Source: a bacterium (GTDB lineage Bacteria > Acidobacteriota > Blastocatellia > HR10). Taken from it: DNA of 12,090 nucleotides. Every line of letters starts with the position of its first letter. Positions within the stretch are counted from its first letter, which is position 1. Location: assembly GCA_041640655.1 (NCBI GenBank), contig JBEPZV010000065.1, positions 1-12,090 of the forward strand. Reading direction: 5' to 3'. The notes under the pieces are model-generated. The model was given only the letters and a program-made list of their open reading frames with translations. It had not been told where the DNA came from and ran no database searches. Both the position numbers and the translations under genes were made by a program. Of this stretch, positions 7,476 through 12,090 are shown in pieces.

Positions 7476-8114
7476 ATGATTCGGCGATGGCGAGCGCGCA
7501 ATCATGCAGAGCGGGAGTTCGAGCGCCAGGCCCTGGCGTATCTGGACGGACTCTACAACTTCGCCATGGCGTTGACGCGAGACCGAACGGAGGCGGAGGA
7601 TTTGGTGCAGGAGACCTATTTTCGCGCGTTTCGCGGAGCGGCTCAGAAACTGCCGACCGGCGATATCAAGGCCTGGCTCTTCACGATCATGCGCCACATC
7701 TGGATCAACGATCGGCGGCGAAGAGCGCGGCAACCGGACGCCGAAGGCCTGGAGGCCGGGGAGGAAGAGTCCGGATCCTCCGGGACGGCGATGGCCGATG
7801 ATCGGCATCGTCCGGACCTGCTGCATGAGCAGAACGCGTTGGGCGAAGCGATTCGCCGAGCTATTGAGAGCCTGCCCGAGGTATACCGCGAGGTCATCGT
7901 CCTGCGCTTCCTGGAGGGATTCAGCTACAGCCAAATCGCCACGATCCTCGGTTGTCCGGCGGGGACGGTCATGTCGCGCATCAGTCGCGCCCGCGCCGAG
8001 CTGCGGAAACGGTTGAGCCCTCACGTGTACGGAGAATGCGCCGCCAATCCGCCGCACGGAGGAGCGGGCGATGAGCGGGAGGAGAAACGCCTGCGCAGTG
8101 GGGGGATCATATGA
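7476..8114 (+). CDS. ECF RNA polymerase sigma factor, SigH/SigR-like
   Basis: Region 2: ALAYLDGLYNFAMALTRDRTEAEDLVQETYFRAF...KAWLFTIMRHIWIN. Region 4: AIESLPEVYREVIVLRFLEGFSYSQIATILGCPAGTVMSRISRAR. GAGG RBS upstream; ATGA overlap with the next gene. Confidence 0.96.
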   Translation: MIRRWRARNHAEREFERQALAYLDGLYNFAMALTRDRTEAEDLVQETYFRAFRGAAQKLPTGDIKAWLFTIMRHIWINDRRRRARQPDAEGLEAGEEESGSSGTAMADDRHRPDLLHEQNALGEAIRRAIESLPEVYREVIVLRFLEGFSYSQIATILGCPAGTVMSRISRARAELRKRLSPHVYGECAANPPHGGAGDEREEKRLRSGGII

Positions 8115-8947
8115 GGGATCACGTCGCGCACTTGATCGAGCTGTATCTGGATGAAGAGCTGCAGGGTGAAGAGCGCCGGCACGTCGAGGCGCATGTGGCC
8201 CAGTGCGCCGAATGTCGAGCCCGGCTGGAGCGAGAGCGACGCTTCATGGCTTTGCTCGCACATGCGCGCCCACTCTATGACGTGCCCGAGAGCGTCCGCG
8301 CGCGTGTGGAGCAGATGTGGGCTCGCGCTCAGCGCGTGCGACCGCGCGTCTGGTCGTGGGCTCTCGGCCTCGCTGCCCTGCTCCTCATCGGCCTTGCCAT
8401 CCGAGGCGCTCTTCGCGAACGCGTTCTCCCCCCCACGGCCGATCACGCGCGCCACAGTTCGGAGTTCGCTCTTCTGGCTGCCAATACGCATCAGCGTTGG
8501 GTGCGGGGGCAGCTCCCCCTGGAGATTCGGAGCCAATCGCCCGAAGAGATCTCCGCCTGGTTCGCCGATAAGGTCCCGTTCAATCTGAAGCTCCCGAGCT
8601 TTCGAGAATTCCCCGGCCAGTCGAAGCCCTATCAACTGGAGGGCGCGCGCTTGGTGAGCTTCAAGAACGATTACGCCGCCTATGTCACCTACCGGATGCG
8701 CAATCGCCCCATCTCTCTTCTGGTCACTTCGGAGACCGTCGTTCGTCCCTCCGGAGGCGAGGAGATTCGCGCCCAGGGTTTGGTCTTCCACTTCGAGGAG
8801 ATCAACGGGTGGAAGGTCCTCACGTGGTCGGATCGCGGCTTGACCTACGCCTTGGTCTCCGACTTCGAAGAGCGCGGCCAAGCTTCGTGCATGGTCTGTC
8901 ATCCCGGCGCCAATGAGCAGCATAAACTCGAAGAGCTGCGACGATGA
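8111..8947 (+). CDS. Membrane-anchored zinc-binding anti-sigma factor (zf-HC2/ZAS) with C-terminal CxxCH
   Basis: H4...YLDEEL...H28xxxC32xxC35 ZAS motif, TM helix at about aa 80-97, extracytoplasmic anti-sigma-type domain (LEGARLV...AAYVTYR...ISLLV...VLTWSDRGLTYALVSD), and C260-M-V-C263-H264. Translationally coupled to the sigma gene. Confidence 0.92.
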   Translation: MRDHVAHLIELYLDEELQGEERRHVEAHVAQCAECRARLERERRFMALLAHARPLYDVPESVRARVEQMWARAQRVRPRVWSWALGLAALLLIGLAIRGALRERVLPPTADHARHSSEFALLAANTHQRWVRGQLPLEIRSQSPEEISAWFADKVPFNLKLPSFREFPGQSKPYQLEGARLVSFKNDYAAYVTYRMRNRPISLLVTSETVVRPSGGEEIRAQGLVFHFEEINGWKVLTWSDRGLTYALVSDFEERGQASCMVCHPGANEQHKLEELRR

Positions 8948-8950
8948 ACG

Positions 8951-8993
8951 GGAAGCGCCCTCGCCTTCCAACGGCCAGAAGGCATGCGCTTCC
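8951..8993. terminator. Hairpin between convergent genes (possible bidirectional terminator, no U-tract)
   Basis: GGAAGCGC (8951-8958) / GCGCTTCC (8986-8993) outer stem plus GCCTTC / GAAGGC inner stem. Confidence 0.5.
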
Positions 8994-9016
8994 ACAGCCT
9001 GTCCTCGCGAAAGGGC

Positions 9017-9418
9017 TCACGTGGTCTCCGGCGGCGTTTTCATGGCCAGCCGGTGGAGGAACCGCGCCAGCTCGATCGGAGCGCGCACGTGCGTCCCCTC
9101 GCCGATCTTCTCCCGTTCATCGTAGGCCTCGACGGAGAATGTGACCGAGCGCTCATCCACGGCGACGACCTCGGCCCGAGCCGTGACCGCCATCCCCACC
9201 GGCGTCGCCGCCAGATGTCGCACGGCGACCGAGATGCCGACCGAAATCCATCCCTCGGGAAGATACGGCTGAATGGCTTCGGCCGCTGCGATCTCCATGA
9301 GATAGATCATCATCGGCGTCGCCAAAACGGCCGGAAGGCGCTCATCCACGCGCGCGATCGTCAGCTCCCGAGTCACCGTCCACGTCTTCGTCGCCGATAC
9401 GCCCACTGGAATGCGCAT
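9017..9418 (-). CDS. Hotdog-fold thioesterase, FlK (fluoroacetyl-CoA thioesterase)-like family
   Basis: VLATPMMIYLMEIAA...SVG...VRHLAATPVG...KIGEGTHVRA keeps the Thr/Glu/His pattern of the FlK family. Start set at ATG 9418 (GGAGGGAG RBS) rather than 9496. Confidence 0.92.
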   Translation of the reverse strand: MRIPVGVSATKTWTVTRELTIARVDERLPAVLATPMMIYLMEIAAAEAIQPYLPEGWISVGISVAVRHLAATPVGMAVTARAEVVAVDERSVTFSVEAYDEREKIGEGTHVRAPIELARFLHRLAMKTPPETT

Positions 9419-9458
9419 CCTGCTCCCTCCATGAATCGTCGCGCTCGCATGCTTCGCC

Positions 9459-9504
9459 ATTATACCCGGCCTTCCATTGACACGCCCTCCCGTCATGCTA
9501 TGCT
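9459..9504. promoter_or_regulatory. Back-to-back divergent sigma70-type promoters
   Basis: Plus strand: TTGACA (9477-9482), 16 bp spacer, TATGCT (9499-9504) with TGn. Minus strand: perfect TATAAT (9464-9459) with no recognisable -35. Confidence 0.65.
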
Positions 9505-9531
9505 AGAGGGAGAAATCCATCGGGAGGAGCG

Positions 9532-10230
9532 ATGATCATGTCGGAACGCACGGCGCGATCCGGGCCTTCCTTGGGGCTCATCGAGACGATCTTCGACGAT
9601 TTCCTCGCCCGCTTGGAGGAGAAGCTCGCCGATCCGCGACTCGATCGCAACGAGATCGTGCGCGATCTGCTCTACGAGCTGTATCTGGCCGAGGCGCCGA
9701 ATTTTCAGCGGCTGGGCGATTACACGTTCCCCATTGCCGCGCGCACCCTGATCGCGTGCTTCGATCCGAGAAACGTGACGTTGGAGGTCGAAACGAGCGC
9801 CGAGCTGGACCGGCAGCGGTACGCGGAGCGAAAACCGCTCATCTGGCTCTGGCGGATGTTCGATGATTCCCCGCTGGGGTTGAACGCGCATCTCGGCCTG
9901 CGGCTTCGTCGTCTTCTGGCCCCGTATATCTTCGCACGGGTTGGAGCGAACCTCACCTGCCACCGGGGGCTCCGCTGGAATTACGGATACAACATCGCTC
10001 TCGGAGACAACGTCGTGATTCAGAACGACGTGACCCTGGATGATCGCGGGGCGATCGAGATCGGGGATGATGTCTGCCTGGAGAGCGGCGCACATATTCT
10101 GGCCGCGCCCTCAGAAGCGACGACGCGCATCGGGCGCGGCGTCCGCATCGGCGCGCGGGCCATCGTGCTGGCGGGCGCTCAGATCCCGGATGGGATGACG
10201 ATCCCCCCGGCCGGCATCATGGGGCCATGA
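9532..10230 (+). CDS. Hexapeptide-repeat (left-handed beta-helix) acyltransferase-like protein with helical N-terminal domain, possibly catalytically degenerate
   Basis: RRLLAPYIFARVGAN...YGYNIALGDNVVIQNDVTLDDRGAIEIGDDVCL...TRIGRGVRIGARAIVLAGAQI hexapeptide coils. GGGAGGAG RBS. Confidence 0.85.
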   Translation: MIMSERTARSGPSLGLIETIFDDFLARLEEKLADPRLDRNEIVRDLLYELYLAEAPNFQRLGDYTFPIAARTLIACFDPRNVTLEVETSAELDRQRYAERKPLIWLWRMFDDSPLGLNAHLGLRLRRLLAPYIFARVGANLTCHRGLRWNYGYNIALGDNVVIQNDVTLDDRGAIEIGDDVCLESGAHILAAPSEATTRIGRGVRIGARAIVLAGAQIPDGMTIPPAGIMGP

Positions 10231-10892
10231 ACGAGAGGGGGATGAGCCGAATCGGAGCGAAGATCCGCACGTCCGATCAGGCACGGCGCGGGATCCTGCT
10301 CATCGTCCTCGCGCTCCTGCTGGGACGATTCCCGGAGAAAGCGATCGGGGAGTCCGCATGGGGATCGAGGCTCACCGCGTCTGCGCAAGCGCCCTCCCCG
10401 CAGAAGCCACCAGCTCCCGCCGAAACGGGGTCGGCGCGCGATCGAGAGAAGCAGGAATCGTCCGCGCGAGATCCCCTCACGGATCCAGAGCGGGAGCTGT
10501 TGGACCGCGCCGCCATCGAATATCGAAAGGCTGAACATCGCCGCGCCGTCGAAGCATCGGAGCAGATTCTGGCGCGAGCGCGCGAGCTCAGCCAGCAGTG
10601 GGAGCGGCACCGTCGCTCCCGGCGCTCGGAGGAATTGCTTCGAGAGATCGAGCGCTTCGCGCGCCGCGTCCGCTCCATCAGTGGGGCGGGCGATCTGGAA
10701 GCTCGCGAGCCGTTGCCTGAAGACCCGATGCAGGCGCTCGCGCGGTTGCGCGAATCGGCCGAGCGGTTGCACAAAGCCCTGAAGGCCCTCACTGCCTACG
10801 TCGTCTCGATCGAGGTCATGGAGCGCTCGGATGAGATCATCCGCCTCGCGCGATATCTGCGCGAGCGCGCGCGCGCCGATCAGGGGACGTGA
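10227..10892 (+). CDS. Exported alpha-helical hypothetical protein
   Basis: ATGA overlap with the previous gene (alternative start 10242). Hydrophobic signal ARRGILLIVLALLLG, Pro/Ala linker, then Arg/Glu-rich helical segments. Ends 1 bp before the VWA gene. Confidence 0.75.
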   Translation: MNERGMSRIGAKIRTSDQARRGILLIVLALLLGRFPEKAIGESAWGSRLTASAQAPSPQKPPAPAETGSARDREKQESSARDPLTDPERELLDRAAIEYRKAEHRRAVEASEQILARARELSQQWERHRRSRRSEELLREIERFARRVRSISGAGDLEAREPLPEDPMQALARLRESAERLHKALKALTAYVVSIEVMERSDEIIRLARYLRERARADQGT

Positions 10893-10893
10893 G

Positions 10894-11796
10894 ATGCTCC
10901 ACCGCCGGATCCCTGCCGTCCTCAGCATCGTCGTCGCGCTCAACGGCGGATGGCCCCAGCACGCGGAACAGGAGCCGATCCTTCGGTTGGACGCTCCCCT
11001 TGTCTTGCTCAACGTCACCGTCACCGGTGGCGATGGCCGCTATCTCTCGAAGCTCGAGGAGCGCGACTTCACCATCCTCGAAGATGGACGCCCGCAGCCG
11101 ATCGTCCATTTCAGCGCTGAGGAGACCCCCTTCGCCGTCGCGATCCTCCTGGACGTCAGCGGGAGCATGGAGCGCATGCTGCGGATCGCGCGCGCGGCCG
11201 CACGCGGATTCGTCCAAGGGCTTCGCGAGAACGATGTCTTCGCCCTCTATGCCTTCGCCACGCAGTTCGCGCAGATTCAACCGTTCGGCTCATACCCGGA
11301 GATCGAGCCGGAGGTCTGGAGCTTGAAGGCGGAGGGATACACGGCCCTGTACGATTGCCTGGTGAACGCCGCGCGGGATCTGGCCGCGCGTCCGGAGAAA
11401 CGGCGCGCCATCTTGCTGCTTTCCGACGGTGCGGATACGGCCAGTCGGGCCTCGCTCGAGGAGGCGCTTCGGGAAGCGCTCGCGGCGAGTGTGACCATCT
11501 ACGCCGTGGACCTCATGGACGAGACGTCGGCCTCTCCGGCCGATGTCCTGCGCGCCCGCAGCGCCCTTCGCACCCTGAGCGAGCAGACCGGCGGCCGATA
11601 CATCCGCGACCCGGGCGGAGCCCAGATGGACGCGACGTTTCGCGCGATCGTTCAAGAGCTGGGCCACCAGTACACGCTCGGCTATTATCCCGCCCTGGAG
11701 CGGCGCGATGGGCGATGGCACCGCATCGAGGTGCGTGTCGCGCGCCCGGGCGTCACCGTGCGCACGCGGCGCGGGTATTATGCCCCTCGAGGATGA
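10894..11796 (+). CDS. VWA-domain protein, Acidobacterial VWFA-related type
   Basis: LVLLNVTVT...DFTILEDGRPQPI..F, MIDAS DVSGSM, T in GYTALYD, D in LLSDGADT, QYTLGYYP...DGRWHRIEV...RTRRGYYAP. ATG 10894 after AGGGGA, followed by a signal-like N-terminus. Confidence 0.93.
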   Translation: MLHRRIPAVLSIVVALNGGWPQHAEQEPILRLDAPLVLLNVTVTGGDGRYLSKLEERDFTILEDGRPQPIVHFSAEETPFAVAILLDVSGSMERMLRIARAAARGFVQGLRENDVFALYAFATQFAQIQPFGSYPEIEPEVWSLKAEGYTALYDCLVNAARDLAARPEKRRAILLLSDGADTASRASLEEALREALAASVTIYAVDLMDETSASPADVLRARSALRTLSEQTGGRYIRDPGGAQMDATFRAIVQELGHQYTLGYYPALERRDGRWHRIEVRVARPGVTVRTRRGYYAPRG

Positions 11797-11873
11797 GCTG
11801 GGCGTCCTCGCCGAAGCTCAAGACCACTGCAGGTGAGAACTTCGCATCAAGAAGTCCAGCGCTCACCCCTTGG

Positions 11874-11902
11874 TTGCCTGCCTGCAGGAGATCGTGTATG
11901 AT
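11874..11902 (+). promoter_or_regulatory. Sigma70-type promoter for the terminal ORF
   Basis: TTGCCT (11874-11879), 17 bp spacer, TATGAT (11897-11902). Confidence 0.6.
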
Positions 11903-11980
11903 TGAGCGCAGCACATAAGCCCCAGGGCAATCCTGAATGCGGCGTGGGGGGAAGCAATGGGGCGCAGGAAGGGAGGAGAC

Positions 11981-12090
11981 ATGCCGGAGTCATCGAGCGC
12001 CAGACAGCGTCTGGCCGAGGAGATCGAAAATCTGAGTGAAGAGGAGGCTGTGGAGGTCCTCGAATACATCTCCATTATGCGGCTGATGAA
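11981..12090 (+). CDS. Small helical hypothetical protein (5' part only)
   Basis: Not in the ORF track. Strong RBS GGAGGAG then ATG; reads MPESSSARQRLAEEIENLSEEEAVEVLEYISIMRLM and stays open to the window edge. Confidence 0.75.
   Translation, partial: MPESSSARQRLAEEIENLSEEEAVEVLEYISIMRLM

Noticed and set aside
7449..7478. In-frame TGA upstream of the sigma ATG as selenocysteine or read-through
   Set aside because: No evident SECIS-like hairpin or redox motif, and ATG 7476 has its own RBS.
9017..9418. Fluoroacetate resistance or fluorometabolite pathway implied by the FlK-like gene
   Set aside because: The family is widespread with mostly other acyl-CoA substrates, and no fluorinase context is present.
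7398..11721. Opposite-strand ORFs such as 7398-8057, 8021-8995, 8984-9535, 9493-10095, 10179-11024 and 11290-11721
   Set aside because: Shadow frames of well-supported genes, with no family motifs.

Overview
GC-rich bacterial window, probably Acidobacteriota (inferred from the Acidobacterial-type VWA gene and gene context). Left arm, minus strand: the start of a Wzx/Wzy-type polysaccharide export operon. It comprises a secreted FecR-like protein, an OPX/Wza-like protein, a fused Wzc-type tyrosine kinase, and a CpsB/CapC PHP phosphatase that runs off the window and is absent from the ORF track. A near-consensus sigma70 promoter with an overlapping palindrome drives it. Diverging from it on the plus strand: an S8 subtilase, then a SigH/SigR-like ECF sigma factor with a matching GGAAT-GTT promoter, coupled to a membrane-anchored zinc-finger anti-sigma factor. 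Next come a convergent FlK-like thioesterase, a plus-strand operon (degenerate-looking hexapeptide-repeat protein, exported helical protein, VWA protein) and the start of a small ORF. The most striking observation is a CxxCH (heme c-type) motif at the extracytoplasmic C-terminus of the anti-sigma factor, suggesting a heme-sensing ECF system. No mobile elements, CRISPR arrays, rRNA or tRNA were recognised.
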